Shown: positions 30,617 to 40,970, counted from the first letter of the stretch. The stretch is DNA of 64,000 nt from Flavobacteriales bacterium (GCA_947497485.1 CANMHB010000012.1:25917-89916), one strand, 5' to 3'. Translations and numbers: made by a program. The notes: generated from the letters alone by a model not told the origin.

Positions 30617-31725
30617 CAACGCTAATAGTTTTCTTTTTATGCTATACAATACTCTTGATTTCAATCCTTGGAATAGGCATGAGGTTACAAGCAAGAAAAG
30701 AAAGGAAATATGAAATTGGAAGTAAAATAAATTGTTCTGAAATCACCTTAATTGTTCCATTTAGAAACGAAGAAAAACGCATATCCGGATTTTTAAACAG
30801 TATTCAGAATTCTAAAAAACTACCAAATAAGATTCTTTTTGTTAATGATCATTCTGATGATAATGGACCAAATTTGATTCACGAAATTCTACAGGGAATC
30901 AAATTTGAAATTCTTAATCTTCCAGTTGGTAGTGAAGGAAAAAAGCAAGCAATTCGATATGCGATTCGTGAAGTAAATTCCAAGTATGTTTTAACAATGG
31001 ACGCCGATGTTGTTTTTGCTCCAACCTATTTTGAAGAAATCGAAAAACTTGCGCATGCAGATATGTATTTGCTTCCCGCTGTTATGATTTCAAAACAACC
31101 TTTTCATTATTTTTTTGAAATAGACCTATTGTTGATCAATGCGTTGAATACTGGGATTAATGGATTGATACGTCCAATAATAGCCAGTGGAGCCAATTTA
31201 CTTTTCAATCGAGAGGCCTTTCAGAAATTTGATCAAATAGATCGACATGCACACATACCGAGTGGTGATGACATTTACCTGTTGCGCGATTTTAGGGAAG
31301 CAAATTGTGATGTCCGCCTTGTAGCAAAATCAAACCTTCAGGTTCAAACAGAAACGCCACAAACCTTCAAAGAATTTCTGCATCAACGCGTTCGCTGGAT
31401 TGCCAAAACGGGAAATGTAAAAGATAATCTTAGTACCTCATTAGCAATTTTGCAATTGATTCTACTAATGGTTTTTTGGATTGCGGAAATCAAACTACTC
31501 TTAGATCATAAATTTCTGCTTGCATCTGTCATTTTTGGATGTAAAACAAGCATTGATATGTTGCTCTTTTTTCCATTCTTTAAAGAGTTTAAACGTCTCA
31601 AATCTTGGGTAATCATACCGATCTATCAACTAATTTTCCCGTTTTACAATCTTATATTATTGGGAATTATGCCTTTTTTCACACCGTTATGGAAAGGTCG
31701 AAAGTCAACAATTAACGTGCGCTAG
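30613..31725 (+). CDS. Family 2 glycosyltransferase, membrane-bound
   Basis: 370-aa ORF with a GT-A fold signature (LIVPFRNEE, VNDHSDD, MDADV, QRVRW) and C-terminal TM helices. Confidence 0.8.
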   Translation: MTTLIVFFLCYTILLISILGIGMRLQARKERKYEIGSKINCSEITLIVPFRNEEKRISGFLNSIQNSKKLPNKILFVNDHSDDNGPNLIHEILQGIKFEILNLPVGSEGKKQAIRYAIREVNSKYVLTMDADVVFAPTYFEEIEKLAHADMYLLPAVMISKQPFHYFFEIDLLLINALNTGINGLIRPIIASGANLLFNREAFQKFDQIDRHAHIPSGDDIYLLRDFREANCDVRLVAKSNLQVQTETPQTFKEFLHQRVRWIAKTGNVKDNLSTSLAILQLILLMVFWIAEIKLLLDHKFLLASVIFGCKTSIDMLLFFPFFKEFKRLKSWVIIPIYQLIFPFYNLILLGIMPFFTPLWKGRKSTINVR

Positions 31726-32440
31726 CGGAAGTAATATTCCCCTCTGAAACCAATGAATCGCCTTTCATTTTTAGAAACAATTGAATTAACGCAATAACGT
31801 CTTTTTCACAATAAATCCGAATACGATCCAAGTCATTTTCTTCATAAAAAACACGTGCTACGTCCGCACCAGAGATATCGTCCTTAGGTGTTGGTATATT
31901 GAAAACATGACAAAGTAACGCAAGCGACGTGTATGCCTTATAATCACCAAATTTCCATAAGTCTAGGGTATCCAAATGTGAAACTTCCCAGGGTTTTTTA
32001 CCCGCAATATCAAGAATTGCTGGTAGTTTTATTCCATTGATGAGCATTCTCCTACAGATATACGGAATATCAAATTCTTTTGAGTTGTGACCACAAAGTG
32101 AATGATATGGCGAATTGTAATGTTCATCAAGTAAAGATTTAAATTGTTTCAGTAAAGTTTCCTCATCTTCATGCGCAAATGATTTCAAACGAATTGTTCT
32201 GCCCATAGATGTTTCTTTGACCATACCTACTGAAATACAAATGATTTTTCCAAATTCAGAAAGAATTCCGCCTCGCTCGCCGTAAAGCATTTCAAATGAT
32301 TTTTCTTCGTTTTGTGAAAACCGCGTTTTGGCGTTGAAGAGTTCTCGAGTTTTTTCGTCTAAATCCTGATATGAGTATGTTTGAGGAACTGTTTCGATGT
32401 CTAAAAACAGGATTTTTTCTAATTGTACTTTATCTAACAT
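31712..32440 (-). CDS. RNase H-like 3'-5' exonuclease (PolB-exonuclease-like)
   Basis: 242-aa ORF with an Exo I motif (LFLDIETVP), then GHNSKEFDIPY and a C-terminal YCEKDV motif. Confidence 0.75.
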   Translation of the reverse strand: MLDKVQLEKILFLDIETVPQTYSYQDLDEKTRELFNAKTRFSQNEEKSFEMLYGERGGILSEFGKIICISVGMVKETSMGRTIRLKSFAHEDEETLLKQFKSLLDEHYNSPYHSLCGHNSKEFDIPYICRRMLINGIKLPAILDIAGKKPWEVSHLDTLDLWKFGDYKAYTSLALLCHVFNIPTPKDDISGADVARVFYEENDLDRIRIYCEKDVIALIQLFLKMKGDSLVSEGNITSASAR

Positions 32441-32574
32441 AATTTTGAATTTTACTTGAATTTAGAAATAAAAAATGACATAATGGGGAAAGAATTACAA
32501 ATTATTTTCTCTTCAATTATGAATAATTGAAGCATAGATTTTTTCTTTGAGCCATTGTTTTTTACCTTTACGAT

Positions 32575-35409
32575 ATGAAAAAAGTAATTCTCTGTTTTCT
32601 TTTAATTTGCTCAATTAAAATAGATGCACAAACCCTTAATTGGCAGTCATTTGTGGATTCTATCCCCACACTTTCATCACCTCGTTCGTGTGATTTAAAT
32701 AGTGATGGAATCAAGGACATCGTTATTGGTGGAGGAACGGATGGAGCTTTTAGTAATAATGGAATAATGGCATTTAATGGGTCAAATGGTCAATTATTGT
32801 GGAAACGAGCTTCAAGAAATGAAGTTTTCGGTAGTGCAATTTTTCAAGACATCACAAACGACGGAATTAAAGATGTTTTTATTGCTGGAAGACAAGCTCA
32901 ATTGCTCGCAATAAATGGATCAAATGGGCAGCTTCTTTGGGATTACTTCCCCTATGTAGCCAATCCAGCTGACAGTGGACTTTACAATTTCTATAATCCT
33001 CAGTTTATTTCGGATGTGAATAATGATGGTTTTGATGATTTGCTCGTTTCAAATGGTGGTGATCACGCCGCACCTGATTGGCAAACTAATCGACCTCCTG
33101 GTCATTTGATGATTGTTAGTGGTATTAATGGAAATTTAATCGCAAAAGCAGTTGTTCCTGATAGTGCAGAAACATATTGCTCTCCAATTGTTGCGGATGT
33201 CCAAAACAATGGCACGAAATGGATTCTTTTCGGCACAGGTGGTGAAAATTTAGGGGGCTCCTTTTGGGCTTGTCCGCTAAATGATTTGATAAATAATCAA
33301 TCACTTTCCAATTCAATTGAACTTTGTACTTCGCTCAATAAAGGGTTCATTGCCCCTGCTTCCTTACACAAAACAAATTCTGGAGTTTATGAATTGATAA
33401 TTCAGGCATACGATGGTACAGTTCGAAAAATTAGCGGTGTAAACTGGGCAACCATATGGAGTTATAATTTACCAGGCACAGAATCCAGCGCAGCTCCTGT
33501 AATTGGCAATTTTACTGGCGGAGATCTAGTTCCGGATGTTTACTTAAGTTTATTCAAAGGAATTGCCCCTTCTTATAATGATTTTTATCAAGTTTTACTT
33601 AATGGTGTTGATGGTTCACTTGTTTTCAAAGATAGTTTAGGCACACTTGGCTATGCTTCCGGAAATGCATTTGACATGAATAATGATGGTCGAGATGAGG
33701 CAATTTCTTCTTTGACTTATCTTGAAAATGGGGCTTACAAAAATAAAATTCAAATAATTGATTTTCAAAATGGGCAAATCAGTCAGTTAGGGAACACCTT
33801 TACTGGAGTGAATCTCGGTTCAACCCCTTTGTTTGAAAACTTGGATGCAGATAATGAGCTTGAGCTCGTATTCGCTGTAAAACGCGATTCAGTAAACCCA
33901 GTTGGATGGAAGGGCATTTATCTAAGAAGAATAGATTTAACGAATATTTCTCCAAATTCAGGAGTCGCTTGGGGAAGCTATATGTCCACAAACGCCGATG
34001 GAAAATTTAATAATGTATCTGTTAACTGTGGTCAAGGTAGCATACTTACAAGCTTAAACGTTACAAATCCTTCTTGTAATGGTTTGTCAAATGGTCAAAT
34101 CGCTCCGGTTGCAAACAATTCTTTCAGTCCTTACACCTATTTATGGTCAACAGGTGAAACCAATAATTCCTTGAATAATCTTTCTGCGGGTTCCTATTGG
34201 TTGTATGTTACAAATTCTAATGGCTGCTACGAATACAGAAATGTTAATTTGAATGATCCATATACAATTAGTTTTGGTGGTATAGTTGCTCCTATTTGTC
34301 CAGGAGGATCAAATGGTTCTGCAACTGTTGGTTCTACTGGTTGCCCTTGCCAATTTAGCACATGTACTTTTCTTTGGGACAATGGCGTAACCACAAAACC
34401 AAATAATGCACTTACAAGTGGTTGGCATTCGGTTACGATTAATCATCCTGGAGGATGCATAGTAGTTGATTCAGTTTTGGTTCCGGAACCATTGGCAATT
34501 ATTGTTGACACAAACATTATTTCTAATAATTGTTTTGCTGAAAGCGCTGGTTCTATTGAACTTATCCCGTCAAATTATCCGCCGAACGTCTATAATTGGT
34601 CAAATGGGGAAACTAGTAATTTAAATGATAGTCTTGTCGCGAATGATTATTCCGTAATCGTTTCAGATGCCCGTGGTTGTATTGATACATTGACTTTTTC
34701 GATTACGGAACCAGATCAAGTACTAGTTTCTTCTCAAGTTCTGAATGTTGACTGTTATGGGAATGAAACGGGTGAAATTCAGCTTCAAGCGCAAGGTGGT
34801 AATGGAGTTTATACCTATTGGATAAATCAAGTTTTAGGAAGCGAAATCAATTCGAATTTAATTGCAGGAAGTTATGCAGTTCGCGCCACAGATTCTTTAA
34901 ATTGTTCCAGTCAGGTTATTAACGTAACTATTACCGAACCAAGTTCTTTGAGCCTAGGTTTAAGTTCAACGCCAGAAACGATTGGATTGGATGGGACAGC
35001 AACGGCTTCAGTCAGTGGTGGGACAGCCCCTTACACCTATTTATGGGATGATTCAAATTCGCAACCTGAGAGTCTTGCCGTTTATCTGAATAGCGGATGG
35101 TATACTGTTTCAATTACTGACGCAAATGGTTGTCAGATTTCAGATTCCGTTTTTGTAGAATCTCAATTAGGAATGGAAGAGAATAAAGTAAGCAACATGA
35201 TTATTATTTATCCAAATCCTGTAAAAGATATTATGTACTTCAATAAGCTAATCGAAAAGGTTGAAATTCTTGATGTTTTAGGAAGAATAATATGTATTTC
35301 TGAAATAAAAAATAATACGATTAATCTATCAAATCTTTCATCAGGTAGTTATACAATTAAACTATATAACCAAGGCAGATATTCAGTTCATAGTTTCGTA
35401 AAAAATTAG
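32575..35409 (+). CDS. FG-GAP beta-propeller plus SprB-repeat surface protein with a T9SS type A C-terminal sorting domain
   Basis: 944-aa ORF. It has repeated DxNxDGxxD calcium-loop motifs (DLNSDGIKDIVIGGG, DITNDGIKDVF, DVNNDGFDDLL). It has about six CxGxxNG...PYTYxW...GCxxxxxV SprB-type repeats. The tail IIIYPNPVKDIMYF...GSYTIKLY matches the type A CTD. Confidence 0.85.
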   Translation: MKKVILCFLLICSIKIDAQTLNWQSFVDSIPTLSSPRSCDLNSDGIKDIVIGGGTDGAFSNNGIMAFNGSNGQLLWKRASRNEVFGSAIFQDITNDGIKDVFIAGRQAQLLAINGSNGQLLWDYFPYVANPADSGLYNFYNPQFISDVNNDGFDDLLVSNGGDHAAPDWQTNRPPGHLMIVSGINGNLIAKAVVPDSAETYCSPIVADVQNNGTKWILFGTGGENLGGSFWACPLNDLINNQSLSNSIELCTSLNKGFIAPASLHKTNSGVYELIIQAYDGTVRKISGVNWATIWSYNLPGTESSAAPVIGNFTGGDLVPDVYLSLFKGIAPSYNDFYQVLLNGVDGSLVFKDSLGTLGYASGNAFDMNNDGRDEAISSLTYLENGAYKNKIQIIDFQNGQISQLGNTFTGVNLGSTPLFENLDADNELELVFAVKRDSVNPVGWKGIYLRRIDLTNISPNSGVAWGSYMSTNADGKFNNVSVNCGQGSILTSLNVTNPSCNGLSNGQIAPVANNSFSPYTYLWSTGETNNSLNNLSAGSYWLYVTNSNGCYEYRNVNLNDPYTISFGGIVAPICPGGSNGSATVGSTGCPCQFSTCTFLWDNGVTTKPNNALTSGWHSVTINHPGGCIVVDSVLVPEPLAIIVDTNIISNNCFAESAGSIELIPSNYPPNVYNWSNGETSNLNDSLVANDYSVIVSDARGCIDTLTFSITEPDQVLVSSQVLNVDCYGNETGEIQLQAQGGNGVYTYWINQVLGSEINSNLIAGSYAVRATDSLNCSSQVINVTITEPSSLSLGLSSTPETIGLDGTATASVSGGTAPYTYLWDDSNSQPESLAVYLNSGWYTVSITDANGCQISDSVFVESQLGMEENKVSNMIIIYPNPVKDIMYFNKLIEKVEILDVLGRIICISEIKNNTINLSNLSSGSYTIKLYNQGRYSVHSFVKN

Positions 35410-35429
35410 ACATTCGATTTTATTCAAAG

Positions 35430-35469
35430 GATAGCAGTTGTTATAAATACAAATTGCTATCTCTTTTTT
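35430..35469 (+). terminator. Rho-independent terminator
   Basis: gatagca...tgctatc stem followed by tctttttt, about 20 nt after the stop at 35409. Confidence 0.55.
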
Positions 35470-35537
35470 GTGAAAATTAGAAATTTCAGTTGCAATATAC
35501 AGTTTAAAACAAGATTTTTGTGTCGAATTTATTCAAT

Positions 35538-36017
35538 ATGGCTGAAAATTTAACAATTGCTCAAGGCTCTAAAAATGAAAAGTATGAATCTTTAGTTCCC
35601 CAAATCAAAGCCTTGGTTTATGGTGAATCGGATGTTACAGCGAATCTTGCAAATGTTGTAGCAGCTTTAAAACAAACGTTTGATTTTTTCTGGATTGGCT
35701 TTTACTTGGTTAAAAATGAAGAATTAGTTCTTGGGCCATTTCAGGGACCAATTGCTTGCACACGCATAAGCAAGGGCAGAGGAGTTTGCGGTTCTAGTTG
35801 GGCTGAATCAAAAACGCTTTTAGTCCCAAATGTGGAAGAATTTCCGGGACATATCGCTTGTAGTTCACTTTCAAAAAGTGAAATTGTTGTTCCGTTAATC
35901 AAAAATGGGGAGGTTCTTGGAGTTTTGGATGTCGATAGTGATAAGTTGAATGACTTTGATGCAACAGATGAAAAATATTTAAACGAACTTTGCGAATGGC
36001 TTTCAAGCATTTTTTAA
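35538..36017 (+). CDS. msrC: Free methionine-(R)-sulfoxide reductase (GAF domain)
   Basis: Lies in ORF 35520..36017 (GTG start); the ATG at 35538 is preferred. Conserved fRMsr motifs are present: GRGVCG, FPGHIACSSLSKSEIVVPL. Confidence 0.85.
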   Translation: MAENLTIAQGSKNEKYESLVPQIKALVYGESDVTANLANVVAALKQTFDFFWIGFYLVKNEELVLGPFQGPIACTRISKGRGVCGSSWAESKTLLVPNVEEFPGHIACSSLSKSEIVVPLIKNGEVLGVLDVDSDKLNDFDATDEKYLNELCEWLSSIF

Positions 36018-37525
36018 TTTTCATCTGCTTACTGATTATTTCAAGTTGTGCTGAGGTTGGAACGATTTCCGGTGGTCCTAAGGATGAAATCCCTCCAAGA
36101 ATTGCAAAATCAACGCTTCAGAGTGGAACTACCAATTTCAATGAAAACAACGTTGAAATCACTTTTGATGAATTCATTCAACTTAATAAGCCCAATGAAA
36201 ATATCATTTTAGTTCCTAGTCATGCGCGAATTGAATCGCAATTAATCAAAAAGACTTTACGTATTAATTTTAGCGAGTCATTGCAGAAAAATACCACCTA
36301 CACCTTGTATTTAAATGCTGCTGTGAAAGATGTAACCGAAGGAAATGATTCACTCATGCAGTTTACTTTTTCAACTGGGCCCAAATTAGATTCCTTGAAA
36401 TTTCATGCGAGAATCAAAGATGCATTTACCAATCAATTGAAACCAAAGGTTACGGTTGGACTTTACGATTCTTTGAATGCTGAAAAGCCGATTTATTTTG
36501 GACAAACCGATCAAAATGGAACAGCAAATTTAAACGCCTTAAAAGAAGGAACATACTATTGTAAGGTATTTGAGGATAAAAACAAAGATTTACTCATTCA
36601 GAAGGATGAACCACAAGATTGGCTTTTTGATTCTGTTTTCGTTGGACCTGAATCCAATGATTCACTTTCATTTTCAATTTCCATTCCCCGACAAGTTGAT
36701 AAAATCAAAAATGCTAAAATTATTCCGCCTGGATTAATTGGAGTGCACATTCCAAAAGACGTAATTCTGAATGAAATAAAAATCAATGGTGCTGAACGTT
36801 CTTCAAATGAATATTGGAATGTGAAAAATGATAGTTTGCATATTTCATTGGGAAATATACCTGAAAATGAAATTCAATTCATTCTGAATTCTGATACCTT
36901 CAATCTTCGAAGGATGGAAAAAAATAAGATGGCAAAATTGACTCCGAAATTGATTTCGAATGAGGAAGAGTTTTCCACAAGTTCCTCATTTGAGATTTCA
37001 GACTTAATTCAAGAAATTGATTCCTCAAAACTAGATGTAATTGAACTTCCCGACAGCTCAAAACTCGCTTTCAAAATCAGTTTTGAAAAAAACAAACTGA
37101 CAATTATGCCAACTGATGGAAAAGTTAGGAATTACATTGTGACATTCAAGGAAGGAGCCATTTCCGGGAAAACGGGTAAAAAGAGCAATGCGACCAAAGT
37201 TGAAGTCAATATAAAGGAAGATCGTGAGTTTGGATCCTTGAACGTGAAACTTAATAAATCATTTAAAACGGGTATTTTGCAATTGATGGATAAAGAGAAG
37301 GTTGCACTCGAGCATTTATTGAAATCAGATGATAGCATTGTAAATTTCAAAAGAATCAATCCTGGTCAATATACATTTCGAATAATTGAAGATTCAAATG
37401 GCAATGGGCAATGGGATCCCATTGATCCTAAAAAGCAATCCAAAGCCGAGTCAATTATTTATTTTTCTACACCGGTGAAAGTTCGTGCAAATTGGGAGGT
37501 TGAGACGGCGTTGGAACTGAATTAG
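35996..37525 (+). CDS. Ig-like domain lipoprotein
   Basis: Lies in ORF 35990..37525. It has the lipoprotein signal FICLLIISSC followed by GGPKDEIPPRI, a motif common in Bacteroidota SbsA-Ig-like lipoproteins. Its 5' end overlaps the msrC 3' end. Confidence 0.7.
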   Translation: MAFKHFLIFICLLIISSCAEVGTISGGPKDEIPPRIAKSTLQSGTTNFNENNVEITFDEFIQLNKPNENIILVPSHARIESQLIKKTLRINFSESLQKNTTYTLYLNAAVKDVTEGNDSLMQFTFSTGPKLDSLKFHARIKDAFTNQLKPKVTVGLYDSLNAEKPIYFGQTDQNGTANLNALKEGTYYCKVFEDKNKDLLIQKDEPQDWLFDSVFVGPESNDSLSFSISIPRQVDKIKNAKIIPPGLIGVHIPKDVILNEIKINGAERSSNEYWNVKNDSLHISLGNIPENEIQFILNSDTFNLRRMEKNKMAKLTPKLISNEEEFSTSSSFEISDLIQEIDSSKLDVIELPDSSKLAFKISFEKNKLTIMPTDGKVRNYIVTFKEGAISGKTGKKSNATKVEVNIKEDREFGSLNVKLNKSFKTGILQLMDKEKVALEHLLKSDDSIVNFKRINPGQYTFRIIEDSNGNGQWDPIDPKKQSKAESIIYFSTPVKVRANWEVETALELN

Positions 37526-37553
37526 CAAGTTGTTTTAATCGAAATCAATTTAA

Positions 37554-38019
37554 TTCAAATTCGTCTCCAAAAGAGTGTTTGAAAACGACTTCGCCGGATG
37601 GATACGTTATAAATTTAACAAACGAAGAATGGCAAATTCAACTGGTCGAAAATTTCGACCGGTTCAAAATAACAAAACACTCCACAGTAATTCCAAAAGC
37701 TTTCACAGAGAAAGGACTGTATATGCTGGCAACCATTCTGAAAAGTCCAAAAGCGACGGAGGCATCAATAGCGATTATTGAAACGCATTCAAAGATTAAA
37801 GAATTGACCAGAGTCCTCGAATCAGCAACAGAGGAAATTACACCTCAAAAACAACAGGATTTATTGAGTAAATCAACACAATTGATTTCATCCATTTTAG
37901 ATGAAAACCTGGAAATGAACGGAACCGAAACTTCCATTGAATTGAACTTGGCCATCTTGAAGGTTAAACATACGATAAAGCGAAATAAAAAAGATTCCAA
38001 AAGTTTTTTACTGAGTTGA
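37554..38019 (+). pseudogene. Decayed ORF6N (KilA-N-like) domain gene remnant
   Basis: The 37579 frame encodes only the C-terminal half of an ORF6N domain (INLTNEEWQIQL...IPKAFTEKGLYMLATILKSPKATEASIAII) and starts at a TTG. A different frame just upstream encodes KRVFENDF, which resembles the preceding RFPEDF segment of the domain. This implies a frameshift and loss of the N-terminus. Confidence 0.45.
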
Positions 38020-38201
38020 ATTTTAAATAGCTCACTTTTCAGGAAATTTTTGCTAATTCTATTGAAGAAAAAATGGAATCAAAATCATTGGATTAATTCC
38101 CGCGAATCGAAATTTTGACTTAAATTAATAGCAAGAAAATAAATAGAGATGAAACTGTATTTACGTCAGCAACTTTTTCCCTTCATGTTTGTTTTAAATC
38201 C

Positions 38202-38209
38202 TAACTTTG
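38202..38209 (+). promoter_or_regulatory. Putative -7 promoter box (TAACTTTG)
   Basis: TAnnTTTG match 21 nt upstream of the ATG at 38230. Confidence 0.35.
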
Positions 38210-38229
38210 AATCCCAAAATTATAAATAG

Positions 38230-39072
38230 ATGAAAAAACTAATATTAGTCTCTGTTACTTTCCTAAGTTTAACTCTTAATGCCCAAATTACAACACCGAA
38301 AGCAAGTCCGCTTGCCAAAATCGAACAAAAAGTTGGTTTGGCTGACATCACAATTTCCTATTCGCGTCCAGGTAAAAAAGACCGCGTAGTTTTCGGAGAT
38401 GTCGTTCCGTTTGGAGAAATTTGGCGATTTGGCGCAAATGAAAACACAAAAATCACTTCTTCTGAATCATTGATTTTCGGAAAAGACACCTTGAAAGCAG
38501 GAACGTATGCGATTTTTACGAAACCAACCAAAGATAGCTGGGAAGTATATTTCTATACGGAAACAACAAACTGGGGAACACCTGAAAAATGGGATGATAA
38601 TAAAGTAGCGTTAAAGTTGAAAACCCCAGTAACGAATCTGAATGATGTAGTCGAAAACCTTACAATTTCGTTAGATAACCTTCAAAATTCAGGTGCGACA
38701 CTTCAATTCTCATGGGATAAAACTCGTATTAACTTGCCATTTAGTTTGAATACCAAAGACAAAGTCTTGGCAAGTATCAAAAAAACGATGGATGGGCCAA
38801 CGGCAGGAGATTATTACTCAGCTGCTAGTTACTACTTCCAAGAAAAATTGGATTTAAAACAAGCATTAGTTTGGTGTACTAAAGCGGTTGAATTGCGCCC
38901 TGAAGCTTATTGGATGTCGCGTTTGAAAGCTCAACTTCAAGCTGCAAACGGTGACTACAAAGGTGCAATTGAAACTGCTAAAATTTCAATTACAGCTGCA
39001 GAAAAAGATGGTGATCAAAACTACGTTAAAATGAACAAGACTTCCATCGAAGAATGGAGTAAGAAGAAATAG
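38230..39072 (+). CDS. DUF2911 domain protein with a C-terminal TPR-like helical region, secreted
   Basis: 280-aa ORF with a signal peptide. The N-terminal half (ASPLAKIEQKVGLADITISYSRPGKKDRVVFG..VPFGEIWRFGANENT) matches my recollection of DUF2911. Confidence 0.7.
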   Translation: MKKLILVSVTFLSLTLNAQITTPKASPLAKIEQKVGLADITISYSRPGKKDRVVFGDVVPFGEIWRFGANENTKITSSESLIFGKDTLKAGTYAIFTKPTKDSWEVYFYTETTNWGTPEKWDDNKVALKLKTPVTNLNDVVENLTISLDNLQNSGATLQFSWDKTRINLPFSLNTKDKVLASIKKTMDGPTAGDYYSAASYYFQEKLDLKQALVWCTKAVELRPEAYWMSRLKAQLQAANGDYKGAIETAKISITAAEKDGDQNYVKMNKTSIEEWSKKK

Positions 39073-39075
39073 TTC

Positions 39076-39981
39076 TTGTTTCAGAAGTATAAATACCATC
39101 TTTTATTGCACCTCATTATATTCATGTGGGGTTTCACAGGCATTCTTGGCAAATTAATCAAGTTAGATGCTGTTTTAATCGTATGGTATCGCGTTTTTAT
39201 CGCGGCACTCTTTTTATCATTCTTCTTTCTTTTTACGAAAAAATCGTTCAAAGTAGACCGAAAGCATTGGTGGAAAATCACTTTAGTTGGTTTGATTGTT
39301 GCTGCTCATTGGTTGACGTTTTATTATGCCATCCAACTCTCTACAGCATCGCTCGGAATACTTTGTCTTTCGACAACTACGCTGCATGTTACTTGGCTTG
39401 AGCCTTTAGTGATGAAACGAAAATTCTCGTGGCTAGAGTTTGCTTTAGGAGCAGTAGTTATTTACGGAATTTACTTCGTATCCGGTGATTTTAGTCCCAA
39501 AGAAATGAATGCACTTTATGTTGGTTTGACCTCAGCACTTCTTGCGGGCATGTTTTCGGTTTTTAATGGAAAATTGGTTCAAGATATTCCCTCGACACAC
39601 TTATCATTCTATGAGTTAACGATTGGGTTTTTCGGAATTTCAATTTTTCTGATTTCGTCAGGCAGATTAAATTCAACCGTTTTCAATATGACATCTTCGG
39701 ATCTCGGATGGCTGCTTTTCTTAGGGATTCTCTGTACTTCCTTTGCTTTTTTAGTTACGATTGACATCGTGAAAAGATTAGGCGCATTTACCGTTTCGTT
39801 GAGCATCAACCTAGAACCCGTTTATACCATACTGCTTGCCATTGTAATATTAAACGAGCATAAATTATTGAACTCCAATTTTTATATCGGATCGGTTATT
39901 ATCATTTTGGTAGTAGTTCTGAATGGAGTAATTAAACATAATCAAAACAAAAAGTTAAAACTAAATACGACTGAATCATGA
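39076..39981 (+). CDS. DMT superfamily (EamA-like) transporter
   Basis: 301-aa ORF with a TTG start, 10 predicted TM helices and a two-fold EamA-type repeat. Confidence 0.75.
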   Translation: MFQKYKYHLLLHLIIFMWGFTGILGKLIKLDAVLIVWYRVFIAALFLSFFFLFTKKSFKVDRKHWWKITLVGLIVAAHWLTFYYAIQLSTASLGILCLSTTTLHVTWLEPLVMKRKFSWLEFALGAVVIYGIYFVSGDFSPKEMNALYVGLTSALLAGMFSVFNGKLVQDIPSTHLSFYELTIGFFGISIFLISSGRLNSTVFNMTSSDLGWLLFLGILCTSFAFLVTIDIVKRLGAFTVSLSINLEPVYTILLAIVILNEHKLLNSNFYIGSVIIILVVVLNGVIKHNQNKKLKLNTTES

Positions 39982-40970
39982 GTGAAATGCACTACAACAA
40001 CCTTGGAAAATCTGGCTTACAAATTTCTCGTTTATCGCTTGGTTCCTGGCTAACTTTTGGAAAACAAATTGGCGACGACGTAGCCGAACGACTAATGGAT
40101 ATTGCTTACGAAAATGGCATCAACTTTTTTGACAATGCGGAAATCTATGCACGTGGCGAAAGTGAACGTGTTATGGGGCGTATTTTAAAGAAGAAAAATT
40201 GGACAAGAGATAGCTACATTGTCAGCGGGAAAGTGTTTTTTGGCACCGGCGGACAAATGCCTACGCAGAAAGGATTAAGTCGAAAACACATTTTTGAAGG
40301 CTGTCACCAGGCCTTGGATCGTTTTCAATTGGATTACTTGGATTTGTTTTTGTGTCATCGTCCAGATAAAAACACGCCAATTGAAGAAACCGTTTGGGCA
40401 ATGCATCAGCTCATTATGCACGGGAAAATCTTGTATTGGGGAACATCAGAATGGAGCGCACAAGAAATCATGGAGGCTCATATGTTCGCGAAGCAAAACC
40501 ACCTCATTGGTCCAATTGTTGAACAGCCAGAATATAACATGTTTTGTCGTCACAAAGTGGAGGTAGAATTTTCGCAAGTTTACAAAACGGTTGGTTTGGG
40601 AACAACGATTTGGTCTCCTTTAGCAAGTGGCTTATTGAGTGGTAAATACAACGATCAATTTCCAACTGATACGCGTCTTGGAATTGAAGGATTGGAGTGG
40701 TTAAAAGATAAAAACATCACTGCCGATAAAATCGAATCTACAAAAAAACTAACCGATCTCGCGAATGAAATCAGTCTGTCTTTGCCAATAATGAGTTTGG
40801 CTTGGTGTCTGAAAAATCCGAATGTAAGTACCGTTATTCTCGGTGCGAGCAAGGAGTCGCAGCTTATTGAAAACTTAAAAGCACTAGATGCGCAAGATAA
40901 ATTGTCTTCTGACGTTTTGGAACGAATTGAACTGATTTTAGGAAATAAACCCGTTCTGCCTGCTTTTTGA
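39978..40970 (+). CDS. Aldo/keto reductase (Kv-beta-subunit-like)
   Basis: 330-aa ORF with GLQISRLSLGSW, FDNAEIYARGESE and DLFLCHRPD motifs. It overlaps the upstream gene by 4 nt. Confidence 0.85.
   Translation: MSEMHYNNLGKSGLQISRLSLGSWLTFGKQIGDDVAERLMDIAYENGINFFDNAEIYARGESERVMGRILKKKNWTRDSYIVSGKVFFGTGGQMPTQKGLSRKHIFEGCHQALDRFQLDYLDLFLCHRPDKNTPIEETVWAMHQLIMHGKILYWGTSEWSAQEIMEAHMFAKQNHLIGPIVEQPEYNMFCRHKVEVEFSQVYKTVGLGTTIWSPLASGLLSGKYNDQFPTDTRLGIEGLEWLKDKNITADKIESTKKLTDLANEISLSLPIMSLAWCLKNPNVSTVILGASKESQLIENLKALDAQDKLSSDVLERIELILGNKPVLPAF

Noticed and set aside
37575-37781. 68-aa + strand ORF overlapping the ORF6N remnant in another frame.
   Set aside because: It is not an independent gene. 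Its first residues (VFENDF) look like the frameshifted upstream piece of the ORF6N domain and the rest is basic low-complexity sequence. It is folded into the pseudogene call.
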